Positions 31,790 through 44,800 of a stretch of 64,000 bases of DNA are shown piece after piece. Location: the NCBI GenBank assembly GCA_034226945.1, contig CP120458.1, forward strand, positions 1,054,001 through 1,118,000. The letters run 5' to 3'. The notes below the pieces were generated by a model. The model was not told the DNA's origin and made no database searches. It saw only the letters and a program-made list of their open reading frames with translations. Both the position numbers and the translations under genes were made by a program. This DNA comes from Picochlorum sp. SENEW3 (Eukaryota). Numbering within the stretch: position 1 is the stretch's first letter; each line of letters begins with the position of its first letter.

Positions 31790-33209
31790 TCATTTGATAT
31801 TGTATACTTCCTTTACTTTTTTTATGAAGTCACTTTTCTCAACGCAATTTTGGCATTTTGTATCTCTTCCTGCCAAAAGTTGCTTCAACTGAGACACCTT
31901 CATTTTTGAAAAGTCTGTGGATTCGTCAACTTGTATCGCTTCTGCACACTTTTTACCTGAATAGAATGAATTCAGCCATTTCACAAGCTTCGTATTTTTC
32001 ACCTCTCCAGAATACGCCACGGTGGAGCGGACGTCTCCTCCACAAATTGCCACAACATGGGGATAGGTAGGAATACTAAATTTGCCATTGGAAGCCAGGT
32101 GTGAGGACTTCCGTACCTCTGCAAAAGATATTCTTCCCCTGTAACGCATAGCTAAAGATTTGTATAATGCGCTCGTCTTGTCTTTTGCTGAGAAAAGTAC
32201 GACTCCAATCCCCCACCGTGCAGTCTTGGAGGACAGTGTGGTCTTCAAGTAGGCTTCCAAATCAGAATCCGTTTTGAGCGTGCTAATCAAGTCATTTGGG
32301 AGCAGGCCAAGGCCCCAATTTGTCAATGCACTCGCCGACCTATCTCCATTATAACCTACCCAACGTCCATTTTTATATGCCTTGATCGTAGGGTATCCCT
32401 GGATGCCCTGACCTTGACAAAGTGCCTTTTGCTCATCGCAGTTTACAGCAGCCACGCGTATGACTCCGTGAAGCGACTCTGCGACTTTTCGCCATTTACT
32501 CGCAAGATTCTTGCAATGTCCACTGCAATCACATTTTTTTGTAGCACTTGTCAGAGTCTTGTCTGAAAACATCATGCACCAAGAAAAAAAATGAAGACAC
32601 ATACCACCATGGAGCATAAAACTCAACAAGCCACACCCAGCCTTCCCCGTCTCCTTCCGGCATGGTATCCTCGTCAAGCTCTTGAACCAGGGCATCCTTC
32701 TCATAAAAGCTACCTTGCCGAGGTTGCTGCCTCTGTTGCTGCCTGAACCCACCATTGCCACCAGGAAACCCTTGTCCTCCAAACTGGAAGCGGACATTTC
32801 CCCCAGGGAAGCCTCCCCCGAACACAGTCTCGAAAATGTTGAAAGGATCTCCATGAGCAAAGCCACCTCCATGGAAACCGCCGCCGCCGCTACCCCCTCC
32901 TTCCTTCAAACCCTCTTCCCCAAACCTGTCATAGACAGCTCTCTTCTCAGAATCGGTCAACACCTCATATGCTGCTGCAATGGCCTTAAATTTCTCCTCC
33001 GCTTCCGGATTATCAGGATTTCTATCTGGATGATATTTGAGAGCCTGTCTCCTGTAGGCCTTTTTGATCGTGGCCTCTTCGGCGTCTGGAGCAACGCCGA
33101 GCAAGTCGTAGTACTTTGTGTCTCTCACACCTAGCACAACCTGCTGCTGCGACAGCAACAACACCAGGATGACGAACAGAGCCTTGCCAGTGGAAGTCAA
33201 CAACTTCAT
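31790..33209 (-). CDS. ER DnaJ-thioredoxin protein (ERdj3A/ERdj5-like) with a C-terminal SAP/ARMET-like CxxC domain; intron 32523-32604
   Basis: Signal peptide; J-domain with HPD; G/F-rich region; splicing creates FYAPWCGHC; C-terminal [10 protein letters not shown]...[10 protein letters not shown]. Confidence 0.9.
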
Positions 33210-33573
33210 GATATCCTATTAACACATTAAGATAGGTCAATCTCAAAATGCGATGCGCTCCGCTGACAGATCACCTTTCAACGTGGAAGAACTCGAACCA
33301 GAATTGACTCTCTCGCCACCAGAACTAGTTCGACACAATGCAGGTGCAGGCAGGTCGATCCCACTCGTCAATAATTAAGTCTTCGTTGAAATATTGGGGA
33401 GGCCGGTGAAATAGACAACCAACCAATTGGAGTCACACACGAGGCCTCAACGTTTTAAAAGAAAGTTGGAATATTTTATTGTATCATCTATTTAAGAAAC
33501 TTCCTGCTCCACTGCAAATGCCTCACAATTCGAGTGGTAGTGGTGTAAAATTCCCATCAAAAGCATAAGAACC

Positions 33574-34466
33574 ATGGCTGGGGAGAAGAGAGATCGAAGC
33601 AAGGTGCTCGCGCTCTTCGACGTCGATGGCACGTTGACCGAGGCTCGAAAGGTACGGGGCGGGATCGATCGGAGCAAAGACTCGTTTTTTGTATTTTATG
33701 GATGAATCATGCATGTTGACTCTTCGGAGTTGTGGTGGGATCGCGTGGTTGTGTCACCTTCGACCTCAACGCTGGTCGATGCTGCCTGCAGGGTATCCAG
33801 CAGCCTATGATTGATATGATGAAGGAGCTCCGATCAAAGATAACCATCGGGACAGTCGGAGGTTCCGACCTGGTGAAGCAGATTGAGCAACTGGGGAAGA
33901 CGGTGCTGACTGACTTTGACTACTGCTTTAGTGAGAATGGCTTGGTTGCATACAAGAATGGAGAAATGCTGGCAAAGCAGTCTCTCAGCAAGTATCTCGG
34001 CGAAGATACCCTGAAGAAAATTATCAATTTCATGCTCGGGTACATGGCGAAAATCGACAACATACCGGTCAAGAGGGGTACATTCATTGAGTTCAGAAAT
34101 GGCATGCTGAATGTCTCACCCATTGGGCGCAACTGCAGTCAAGAGGAGAGAGACGCATTTGAAAAGTTTGACTTAGAGCACAATATTCGGAAAGATTTTG
34201 TTGAAGCGCTGAAAAAAGAATTTCCTGATGTGGACTTGTGTTACTCAATTGGAGGCCAGATTTCCTTTGATGTGTTCCCAACAGGGTGGGATAAGACGTA
34301 TTGCTTACAGTTTGTCAAGGATGATTTCGATGAGATTCACTTTTTTGGAGATAAGACATTCGAGGGAGGAAATGATTATGAAATATACACGTGCCCTGAT
34401 ACCATAGGGCACACAGTGACTGGTCCAGAGGACACCATTAGGCAGCTCAAAGAGCTCTTCTTCTAA
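33574..34466 (+). CDS. PMM: Phosphomannomutase (HAD family); intron 33652-33791
   Basis: Exon 1 [11 protein letters not shown]; motifs [32 protein letters not shown] and [15 protein letters not shown]. Confidence 0.96.
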
Positions 34467-34565
34467 GGAGCTTTTATCACATGTTCATGCGGCGGATGTC
34501 TTGCCATGTACCAACCGGTTGATTGTATGAACTGGCACTATGTAATCTGGATACACCTAGACGAT

Positions 34566-34627
34566 AGATCGATCTCGAGATCAGATATCTGTCCATGGCC
34601 AGCTGGACAGCAATTGCAGCAATTGCA
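34566..34627. repeat. Chain of short palindromes upstream of mitochondrial EF-G
   Basis: AGATCGATCT, GATCTCGAGATC, CAGATATCTG, CCATGG, CCAGCTGG and two copies of GCAATTGC in about 60 bp. Confidence 0.8.
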
Positions 34628-34739
34628 TGGCTGAGCAATGCTCGCCCTGGGTGTAATATGAGCAATCCATCGTTCCATGTGAACTATATTTGATTATTTT
34701 ATTCTGTAAAAGTCCTGAAAGAGGGTCGATTATTTATCG

Positions 34740-37046
34740 ATGGCTCAGGTTGTCGTCCAGAGACTACGGAGTCTCCGCTCTCTGCGGCTACAGTCTGTCG
34801 CATCCACAGAAGCACTCCTTGGGTCTTTGAACGAACACATCTTTGAAAACACACCAGGTCGGACAAGTGCAAGCCTGACCTCGTTCTTTTCAGGCCCTCA
34901 GAGTGGCCACTGGTTACTGAGTCGACAGTATTCCTCGCTTCCTGCTCAAAATGAGGATACACAAGAATCGGATTTATCCAAGATACGTAACATAGGTATA
35001 TCAGCTCATATTGATAGTGGAAAGACGACGTTGACGGAAAGGATCCTTTTCTACACTGGGAGGATTCATGCCATTCATGAGGTCAGAGGCAAAGATGGAG
35101 TGGGGGCTAAGATGGATTCCATGGATCTGGAGAGGGAGAAAGGCATCACCATTCAGTCTGCTGCAACGTTCTGTAAATGGAAGGACACCCAGATCAACAT
35201 TATTGATACCCCTGGGCACGTTGATTTCACTATTGAAGTAGAGAGGGCACTTCGGGTGCTGGATGGTGCCATCCTTGTATTATGTTCCGTTGGGGGTGTT
35301 CAGTCGCAGTCTATCACAGTAGATAGGCAGATGCGTCGGTATGATGTCCCGCGACTGGCGTTCATCAATAAGTTGGACAGAGCAGGGGCGGACCCTTTCA
35401 GGGTGATCAAGCAGTTGCGAGAGAAACTCCGGCTGAATGCTGCAGCTGTGCAGTATCCGATTGGCTTGGAAGAATCACACACCGGTGTAGTAGACTTGAT
35501 AAAGATGCAGGCATCTAAGTTCAGTGGGCCATCGGGGGAGACTATTGAATCCTTTGAGATTCCACATGATATCTTGGGTGAGTGCCAGGCTGCCCGCGCA
35601 GAGTTGATTGAGAGACTCGCCGAGGTGGACGATGAAGTCGGAGAATTGTTTTTGATGGAAGAAGAAGTACCGGAGGAGGTGATGACTGAGGCCATTCGAA
35701 GGTCCACGATAGCACTTGAGTTTGTCCCAGTCTTCATGGGATCCGCATTCAAGAACAAAGGAGTGCAATCGCTTCTGGACGGAGTGACCGGGTACCTTCC
35801 ATGCCCTACGGATGTGAAGAATGAAGCTCTCGATTTAGACAAAGACGAAGAAAAAATGGTGATTCCGTGTGACAGAAACGGACCTTTGGTTGCTTTGGCA
35901 TTCAAACTAGAGGAGGGCAAATTTGGGCAACTGACCTATGTCCGTGTGTACTCTGGAAGATTGAGGAAGGGTGAAATGATTACAAATTTGTCCACTGGAA
36001 AAAAGATTAAAGTACCTAGGCTTGTTCGAATGCATTCTGACGAGTTGGAGGACGTGCAAGAGGCCTCCGCTGGTGATATCGTTGCCATGTTTGGGGTCGA
36101 CTGCTCCTCTGGTGATACCTTCACTGATGGCATCAGATGCGCGATGACATCCATGAGTGTCCCTGACCCAGTGATGAGCCTTGCCGTATCCCCTCAGGCT
36201 AGAGATCAGTCGTCCAACTTTTCCAAAGCACTGAACAGGTTCCAAAAAGAGGATCCCACATTCCGAGTGTCTCAGGACAAGGAATCAGGGGAGACCATCA
36301 TTTCCGGAATGGGCGAGCTACATCTCGAAATATACGTGGAACGTATGAAGAGAGAGTACAAAGTCGAGTGCGATGTCGGAAAACCAAGAGTCAATTATAG
36401 AGAGACCATAACCAAGAAGACTCCATTTGATTACCTGCACAAGAAGCAGAGTGGCGGGCAAGGACAGTATGGACGGGTGACCGGATACATCGAGCCATTG
36501 CCCGCGGACTCGAAGGAGAAGTTCGTGTTTGAAAACGGCATTATTGGCAATGCGATTCCACCGAACTATATCCCTGCAGTAGAGAAGGGCTTTGAAGAGG
36601 TGACCAACTCTGGCTCTCTTATTGGCCATCCTGTGGAGGGCGTCAAGGTGGTTCTCACCGACGGGGCAGCCCACGCAGTGGACTCCTCCGAGCTTGCTTT
36701 TAAATTGGCAGCAATGTACGCATTCCGCTCCGCGTACCCAGACGCCTCTCCCACAGTACTTGAGCCAGTAATGGAGGTGGAGATTGTGGTCCCCAGTGAA
36801 TTCCAAGGAACCGTCATCGGAGATATCAATAGGCGCAAAGGAGTCGTCGTATCGAGCGAGCAAGAAGGGGACGATGTGATAATTCTTTCCCATGTGCCCC
36901 TCAATGAGATGTTTGGATACTCCAGCTCACTGAGGAGTTTCACCCAAGGCAAGGGAGAATTCCAAATGACGTACCTCAATCACCAGATGGTCACATCAGA
37001 TGTTTTGGCTGAATTAACATCGCATTATAAAACAATAAAGAAATAG
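34740..37046 (+). CDS. GFM1: Mitochondrial elongation factor G1, intronless
   Basis: [49 protein letters not shown] (mtEF-G type); Arg/Ser/Leu-rich presequence; TGTAA at 37051. Confidence 0.96.
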   Translation: MAQVVVQRLRSLRSLRLQSVASTEALLGSLNEHIFENTPGRTSASLTSFFSGPQSGHWLLSRQYSSLPAQNEDTQESDLSKIRNIGISAHIDSGKTTLTERILFYTGRIHAIHEVRGKDGVGAKMDSMDLEREKGITIQSAATFCKWKDTQINIIDTPGHVDFTIEVERALRVLDGAILVLCSVGGVQSQSITVDRQMRRYDVPRLAFINKLDRAGADPFRVIKQLREKLRLNAAAVQYPIGLEESHTGVVDLIKMQASKFSGPSGETIESFEIPHDILGECQAARAELIERLAEVDDEVGELFLMEEEVPEEVMTEAIRRSTIALEFVPVFMGSAFKNKGVQSLLDGVTGYLPCPTDVKNEALDLDKDEEKMVIPCDRNGPLVALAFKLEEGKFGQLTYVRVYSGRLRKGEMITNLSTGKKIKVPRLVRMHSDELEDVQEASAGDIVAMFGVDCSSGDTFTDGIRCAMTSMSVPDPVMSLAVSPQARDQSSNFSKALNRFQKEDPTFRVSQDKESGETIISGMGELHLEIYVERMKREYKVECDVGKPRVNYRETITKKTPFDYLHKKQSGGQGQYGRVTGYIEPLPADSKEKFVFENGIIGNAIPPNYIPAVEKGFEEVTNSGSLIGHPVEGVKVVLTDGAAHAVDSSELAFKLAAMYAFRSAYPDASPTVLEPVMEVEIVVPSEFQGTVIGDINRRKGVVVSSEQEGDDVIILSHVPLNEMFGYSSSLRSFTQGKGEFQMTYLNHQMVTSDVLAELTSHYKTIKK

Positions 37047-37080
37047 ATTCTGTAATAGCCTCGAAACTCCCCACGGCACC

Positions 37081-37931
37081 ATGAAATTAGAGGACGGTGA
37101 GTGTGTCCTTGTCTCAGGTGGCACAGGTATGCGTTTTGAAACCCCTCTGGCCTCAAAAGACCAGCTGATTGGATTACAATTAAATCTCATATCTATTTTT
37201 GGATAGGGATAGTCGGAAGTGGGATTATCGATGAGCTTGTGCGATCCACGGCTGCTACTATTGTGGCCCTCGTCAGGTTTCACAAGGGTCCACAGCTCAT
37301 ACACGACATGCAAGTCTTGGGGCACGATCTTGGGGCTGTGGGTGATAGATTTGTCATTATTGAAGGCATTGATGCGTCTGGACAGATGAGCGGTCTCGTG
37401 CAAAAGATGAAAGAGTCTGGAATCAAGTCTATCAACCATGTTGTCTCCTGCTTTGGTGGTGGATTTAAGAAAGGTCCCATGTCGACCTTAGGCGAGGACG
37501 ATCTCCACGAGTGCGTCGATAGAAGTATGCCCCATATTCGTCTGATGAAGGAGATCTGGCCGATGATGAGAGAAAGGGCCTGTGGGCACTCGAACATGTC
37601 CTACACGTTCGTTGATGGCATGCTGGGTGAGCGATGCCATATGCCCCAGGTTGCTGGACTTTCCGTATCGAATTCGTTTTTATACGGGTGTATATTAGCA
37701 TTTCAGGCAGAAAATAAGGATATAAATATAAGAATCAATGAGGTGAGAATAGGAGTTATGGTGAGAAAAGATGCAACATCAGACCACCCTTTCATGGACA
37801 AGCATGACAGTTCCGCCGCGTATCCTGCCAGCCTCGTTGGCCGGCACGTCATTGATCTCTCATTGATGGATACAAGCGCTGATAGAGGAGTGTTTCGCAT
37901 CACCTCGCAAGAACTAGGCCAACCCACCTGA
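37081..37931 (+). CDS. Atypical short-chain dehydrogenase/reductase; intron 37127-37206
   Basis: Splicing creates the Rossmann motif VLVSGGTG|IVGSGI; HVVSCFGG and RINEVRIG present; no canonical YxxxK. Confidence 0.75.
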
Positions 37932-37941
37932 CACACGCGCA

Positions 37942-38596
37942 TCATACAGGTGAGGGGTATTTTTTCACCTGCTCCTTAACTTTTCTTTCGTACGTTTTCC
38001 TCCTCTGTGTAAAGTCCATAAAAGCCTCGCTTTGAGCTGGAGATTTCTCATTTGGTGTATCTAACAAATCCTGAATCCCTGTAAGAATCTGCTTCAACGT
38101 GATTGATGGTCTCCACTGCTCATCCTCATTCAGGATGCTCAGGCAGACAGTCCCCGAGGGATAAATGTTTGGGTGGTAAAACCCTTTATCAAATGAACAC
38201 TGCACATGTGTACGCATATCAGCACAGTTGTCTTGTGTATCCCCCACAGAAGAACAGTCTCACCTTTGGTGGCCTTGCAGGATACTCGTTTGAAAAGCTA
38301 ATTTTCAGGGGGTAATGTCCTCCCTCCCAAATCGTCCCTTTCTTTCCAGGAATAATACAATTCCACAATTTGAGATCGACCTCCCTGCAGTACCGTTCGT
38401 TATCGCCTTCCAGCTGAGATTCAAAAAAGAGGACACACGAGGGTCTAAACACCCCAACAAGTTCACCTATGCCAAGAAACACGCACCCGTTGTCTCCAAC
38501 CTTTGGCTTGGCGTGAAATCCAAATGGTCTATCCTTCCTCCACGCCTTTCGCTCTTCAATCAACCTATTTCGAGTAACACTGTTGGTTGTTGCCAT
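37942..38596 (-). CDS. UBC9: SUMO-conjugating enzyme UBC9/SCE1; introns 38385-38486 and 38200-38263
   Basis: [44 protein letters not shown] and [11 protein letters not shown]. Confidence 0.97.
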
Positions 38597-38668
38597 GGTT
38601 TTGCGGGTACCGATGACGGCGCGTGATTCGAATAACCTGAAATTTAAAGATGAATAAATATATTCCCG

Positions 38669-40565
38669 TCACTCGTTGAGCCAATGAATTACTAGGCCGG
38701 TTGTCCATCCAAATCCCTGGACGCACTCATATTCTCCACCAGACCCACAGGCACCAGCATCTTGGCAGTCGAACTTTTCGGGCAGGGTATGCACCTTCTC
38801 CCATGCCAATCGAGCAGCGTGGATGAACCTCTTCTTCATGCTCTCTGCGAGGTTCTCTGCTTCGGCTGATAGACGCTCCTCGCCTGCTTGAGCCAGCAGG
38901 TTGGAAGCAGACGAGCACCCTTCTGCCAAGAAATACTGCAATGGAGGCCACACATTGGGCCAATCCCATTGTTGTCCCGTTTGGATTGAGGATGCTGCAA
39001 TACCTCCTGGCGCGTTGATGACGGACGCTCTCAAACTATCGACTGCCTTTGACAAGATGTTGACCTCTACAGCATCCTCCATGCACCACAGCGGTACCCA
39101 ATCAGAGGCATAATCTTCTTGTCTCGAGAACCCAGAGGTAGTCTTGATGTCGGTGTGAGGCACATCATCAAGAACCACGTCCCTCCACTTGGAGCGCCCC
39201 TTGTCCCAGAATATCGCCTGCAGGGCAGCCAGCCTCTGCAGTCCAAACTCTTGGAATCTTTTCTCAGTGTCAGAATCGCCTACAACAGCTGCCATCTTCG
39301 ATACCAAAAATTCTGATTTCATGAGGAGAGCGTTTAAATCTGCGGGCAATATCCGTGTTGTCCTGATCGAGCTCAAGGAGTTATCAGGGCCCAACCATCT
39401 GGAAGAAAAATCCCATCCTGATTCCGCAGCTGCAGAGATGTCTCTAAATAATTGTTTTTCCATGATTTCTCGGTCCATTTCGGAGAGCTGGATCCATTCT
39501 ATTTTGGATTTCAGATCCTCTAGCGTCTGTAAATCTTCCCTGAGAGATTCCGGCCTCGGGTTGGTCCAGTTTGCATAATATCTTGAGACGACATATGTTT
39601 CACCTGCCATTGCGGGAGCGGTAACTTGCAAGGTTCGCTCACTCGTCCTCCAGAACATCAATTCTTTCTTCAGCACGGAGAGAAATGTCCTGATGATTTT
39701 AGGCGACATGGTATGGCAATACAGTGCATGGACCATGGCTGTCAGCATGGGAGGTTGAGATCTGTTGAGATAATATGACCTGAATCCATTTGGAACCAGG
39801 CCAAATGTTTCTACCATGTACGCAAAGTTACCGACAATACCCTGAAGATGTATTTGATTTGTAACAGCACCAGAACAACACAAAGGAACTGCCAATGCCA
39901 ACCTACCTCTGCAACTTTGAAGTGGTCTTTTGTTTTCAGCAGAGCCAGTATGATCCAGTACGAATCCCAGTAATAACTCTCTCTAAATCGCTCGCCCGGT
40001 ATGATGAAAGGATTGGGAGCAGGGAGCAGGGTGGATCTGATACCTGACTCGGATGATGCGGTGGCCCTTCTCAACAACTCGAGCATGGAGGCAACCAGCT
40101 CACTTCCCCATGACAGGCCCCCTCTCTGGAGAACAGATACAGCCCTTGTATCACTCCCAGCCTCCATGAACCAGCTTGCTATGAAAGTTTGCAACCGTTT
40201 GCCGTCCTGCCCACACAAATCAGGACCCTTCTTTCCGGTGCCAAACAATCGACCGAATTCCTCCATAACGAGCCGAGGCTCGGCTTTGAGCGGCATGTCT
40301 CTACATGTCACACAACAAAAGTGAATTTCAGGGCGCATCGGTGAATGATGATGCGCGATCGAGGCGTGCTTTTCGTATGCATTCTCTCAAGCTGGAACAA
40401 GAAAGAACAGGAGGAAAACTGAGAATGGTCTGGACATGCAACTCACACAATCGTCTTACTGTCTTCATATACATTGGCGCATGCGCAACACTCATAGAAC
40501 TTGCCCATTACGGTGAGAAACGCATCGTGTGCTCGTGCCAAGTTTGTTTCCTCACCCTTGCTCAT
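38669..40565 (-). CDS. TRE1: Trehalase (GH37); introns 40301-40446 and 39842-39906
   Basis: DSKTIV|DMPL, PGERFRESYYWDSY, YYLNRSQPP, SGWDFSSRW, QWDWPNVWPPLQ and GEYECVQGFGW. The start at 40565 is inferred. Confidence 0.92.
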
Positions 40566-40842
40566 GGTGAACGCAGGTACCCAACAGGCAGTGCCGCCTC
40601 AGGGTATCCTCAGCATACTTTCGATTGATTTTTTTATGTACCCTGTGAAGCACTGGCGCTTCTTTCGTGCAGCAGGCCCGCTCGATTCCTCGGCCCCGAT
40701 GCAGTTGGGATCGAACTCTCCTCTTCCGTCGTCTCGAGGGTCCGGCGGGGCTCTCCGCTCTGATGACCATCGCATTGATTCTGCGTGCATCCCTCCAAAG
40801 GCCCATTAATTGAATTATCGGAGATGAATACTTTGAGATAAG

Positions 40843-41847
40843 ATGGAGGATCGAGCTGAACGATTTAAAACCAAGACACGGGCGTTGAACGACCAGTTTC
40901 GAACCTGGGTCACGAGCGAAGTAGAGGCTAAGCCAGAAAAATTACTCTCAGCAGGCTGTGCTGACTACATGAGACATAGTGCAAAGCTTCGGTTCCAGTA
41001 TGAAGATATATTTGACGAAGGCGATGACACCGATGATGCCAGGCTGTCCGGTGGGACGAGGAAGCCCAGTGCAACCTTGCTAGGCTTGGCACCTTTGGTT
41101 CAGACAAAGATAGTGCATTTCATACGCCATGGAGAGGGTTTTCACAATATCGGGATTGTCAACTTGGACTCTAAACTCACGAAGAAAGGATGGGCACAAG
41201 CCCATGCTCTGGGAAAGCACGTTCGGAGCCAGGTCCATGGTATAACATTAGTCATTTCTAGTCCCCTGTCAAGGGCACTGGAGACGGCTGTGGGCGTATT
41301 CGGAGACCCTCAGGGCGCCTCTTGTTTGATGAATGAGCAAGGGGATATCCATAATGAACAAACACGGCACGATGCTGCCAGTTGTGCTCCAGGAATGAGA
41401 TACATAGTACATGAAAGTTGTAGGGAACGGCTCGGTCCTTCCAATTGCGATGCCCGCCGCGATAAGGCTCTCTTGGAACAGCATTTCGTAGGATTTGATT
41501 TTTCGAAAGTTTCTGAAGGCCCCGATTCCATGTGGAAGGAGGGCAATGTTGAGAGTGAAGCTTCGGTTGCTGGCAGAGGCATGGCATTCCTCCAATTCGT
41601 CATGTCTCAGCCCGAGCAAAATATCGCGATAGTAAGCCATTCGGCTTTTCTATGGTTTACTCTGGCTGCTTTTGGGGGTGATTACTCAAAAAAAGTACGA
41701 GAGAAGATGCAGAAGTGGTTTGAGAATGGCGAGATGAGATCTCTAGTTTTGACAGATGGAGGAAACTTGAATCCTATAGACCCCTACGGCTTTGAAGGCG
41801 GCGAAGCTGCTACGGAGCCTCAGCAGGCACTCATCGATGAAAAATAA
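40843..41847 (+). CDS. Histidine phosphatase (phosphoglycerate-mutase-like) with an N-terminal Nup50-like helical domain
   Basis: Motifs HFIRHGEGFHN, SSPLSRALETA, CRERLG, AIVSHSAFL and FENGEMRS; N-terminal RALNDQFRTWV...DYMRH. Confidence 0.85.
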   Translation: MEDRAERFKTKTRALNDQFRTWVTSEVEAKPEKLLSAGCADYMRHSAKLRFQYEDIFDEGDDTDDARLSGGTRKPSATLLGLAPLVQTKIVHFIRHGEGFHNIGIVNLDSKLTKKGWAQAHALGKHVRSQVHGITLVISSPLSRALETAVGVFGDPQGASCLMNEQGDIHNEQTRHDAASCAPGMRYIVHESCRERLGPSNCDARRDKALLEQHFVGFDFSKVSEGPDSMWKEGNVESEASVAGRGMAFLQFVMSQPEQNIAIVSHSAFLWFTLAAFGGDYSKKVREKMQKWFENGEMRSLVLTDGGNLNPIDPYGFEGGEAATEPQQALIDEK

Positions 41848-41856
41848 TCATGTGAT

Positions 41857-44800
41857 TCACAAATTCATTTGTAAGGCAGCCTGGAGGATTTTCTGAGCCC
41901 CTCCTTTGGACAAAACACTATTATACTCAGAACACACTGTGCTCTGTATGCAACCAGGACAGCCCGAGTCGCTTTCACACGAACAACGGACGATGAGGTT
42001 CAGTCCCTTTTCGATCAAATCCCTGAAAATTGGTTGCGCTTTTTCGCACAACCCAATCCCGCCTGGGTACCGGTCAAACAGTAGCAGTCTTTCAGGTTTA
42101 TACCTGGTATCATACAAATTATCACACTCTGTTCCGATGTCCTCCGGATTACACATCAGGTAGAGAGGCAGCACATTCATCAGGGCGTGCGCAGCTGCAT
42201 GAACCGAATCTCGAAAGCCGTAGCCTGCCAATTGGACAATTTGCCTGGCGGTTGGTGGCAGTCGCTGAGACACTGCAACAGTCTCGTACACGACATCAGG
42301 GAGAAATAGATCGACAGTATCAAAGACTTTCCCTGAACCCCTCCATATGCGAGCGAATCCCATCCAATGTGTTGTGACGGTCGCATATCCTACGGACGCT
42401 GAGTTCTGCCGAGCACACGGCGTGTAGCACTTTTTATCCCCTATCAAATGTACATCCGTGTAGTCAATCGTGGTCGTGTAGTATTTGACATCTGTAGGAT
42501 GCACGATGGCTATCCTAGCCTTGTGATCCACAGATTTGACGATGAATGTGCCACTTTGAAACATGTATATTGCTCCTTCGTATACAACAAAAAAAGCCTT
42601 CCTCTTCTCTATCTCCTCTAGAACTTTTCCATCAGAACTTTCATCAATCACAGTATATTTTTCCTGGTCAATGTCTCGAAGTGTGATGGCTTTCGAGGGA
42701 GATGAATGTCTCCCTGCGTACACCAGAGACCCCGGATCACTTGCATGAGGGACCAAGGCACTGCTTTGGATGAGAAGGCGCACACTGTCGACAAATCCAT
42801 TTCCAAAAACTGGAGCATCCGAAGCAGCATTAAGTGGCATTTCATACGCAGCACATGTAATATGAGCTTTCAGTACCTGAGGATTGGCGATATCAATTTG
42901 TGCAGCTTCAATTGTACGCCCAAAGAGCTCTTCTGGTTTGGACATGAAGAATTGATCCAATGGACCATCCCAACCAACATACACGGACAGTGATTTTTTG
43001 TTGCGTCTGCCAGCACGGCCTGCTTGTTGCCAAAGTGATGCAACTGTACCCTGAAATCCAAGATGAAGTGTGACATCCAATCCTCCTGCAGGCAAAGATC
43101 AGAATGAGTGCCAAGGGCAACAGATGCATTCTCGTGGAGAGCACAAACCTATATCAATACCCAGCTCCAGCGCATTCGTTGCTGCTATACCCAAGAGAGA
43201 CCCGTCAAAAATTCTGCGCTCGATGTCACGCCGCTCAGCCGGGCTGTACCCAGCTCTGTACACTGAAATAGTGGAAAGGAGGTCCGAAGGGGCTGAGGCT
43301 GCGACAATTTCTCTCGTGTATGTGGCAACGAGCTCAGACAGCTTTCTCGTCTTGCAGAATGCTATGGTTCTCAAGCCATGCTTGACGCATTCAGAGAGAA
43401 GATATGAGATTTCTACAATGGGACTAGCCCTCCTAGACTGTAGTTTGTCCTGCATACGCCTAACCTTTGCTCGCCAGTCAGCCCCCCTAGTAGCGCTCTG
43501 GGTTGATGATTTGTTGACGGTAGCCGATATCGCAGCAATAGCCTCTTGAGCTATCTTCGACTTGACCTTGAACTCTGGCTGTCCTACCACAACAGATGTC
43601 TCCCATTGCAGATCCTGTTCCGGAGAATTGCCTAGCAATGATGGAAAATGCCTTTCTTGTCTTGCATTTCTCAATGCTGTCCTTCTATCCTCCTCTTTTT
43701 GAATCTTGACACCGTTTCTCTCAGTGATAATGGGTGGATTATACAGGACAAATGTCTTCTCCTCCCGTGGAGACCCATCAACTGAAACTAATGCCAAAGA
43801 ATCTTCGCCGGTCAAATTTGAAGCGTGCGTCTGAGGATTCGCAACGGTAGCCGTTGTTAGAATACACGTTGGACTTGATTGATACATTCTCGCGCAAATC
43901 CTCTTCAATCGACGTATTGTCAAAGCCACATGACTCCCAAAGACACCCCTGTACGAATGAGCTTCATCAATGGAGATCAGACGAAGATTGGCGAGAAAGT
44001 TTGCGAATCCGCGATGGTACGGCAATATGGAACAGTGCAGCATGTCAGGATTTGTCAGGAGGACCTGCGCATTGGCCCGAATTTCCTCTCTGTCAGAAAG
44101 CTCTGTATCCCCATCATATATGCAGACTTTAGATTTTGCAAATACCTCTCCCACAACATGAGAAGCAAATTCTTGAATATTTCGAAGCTGATCCTGAGCC
44201 AAGGCCTTTGTTGGAAAAATGAGCAAGCCGCAAGCTGACGAATCTTTGAGCAGAAATTCAAATAAGGGAACCAAATAGCACATGGACTTGCCAGAGGCTG
44301 TGGACGTAGACACAACGCACGATTGTCCCCCCAATATATGCTGAATTGCTTCCACCTGGTGTGAATAGAGTGAATCGATTCCCTTTATATTGCGTAGATA
44401 TTGTTTCATTTCATCTGACAGAGGTACATCCCGCTCTAGGGCCAAAGTCTGGGCCTCTCTTCTCGGCAAGATTTCTTCGTGAACAATCTGATTCTTATAG
44501 TACTCGAGTGATTTCAAATGCTCCAGCAGATGGTCAGGGGATAATTTCTCATTGCTGGTGCAAGGAGGGGTTTTCTTCAGCAGGAGCGGCGGAGCTGCAG
44601 AGTGTCTTTGTCCACCCACTGAAAGAGCCCTGACTGTATCATTTTTGACGAAAGCAGATTTCTCGACCACTTCCTCCAAAGACATTGGAACTATACACGA
44701 TTGGAAATCCGTTTCCCCCTTTCCCATTGGTGGTACCCCAGAATACTCAAGACCAGAGATTGAGTATCTCCACGGGCTGTTCTTTCCCCTGCACTCCAGG

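Noticed and set aside
33289..33335. GGTTCGAGTTC B-box-like motif on the minus strand suggesting a tRNA
   Set aside because: The flanks do not fold into a cloverleaf; no acceptor stem or anticodon arm.
35300..36979. Long antisense ORFs opposite EF-G (similar ones lie opposite PGDH, plastid EF-G and the SLAC1 fusion)
   Set aside because: Shadow ORFs caused by codon bias in conserved genes; no independent motifs.
40548..40565. Predicted trehalase N-terminus MSKGEE is identical to the start of GFP
   Set aside because: Only six residues match; the sequence continues into trehalase with no further GFP similarity, so it is coincidence and not vector contamination.
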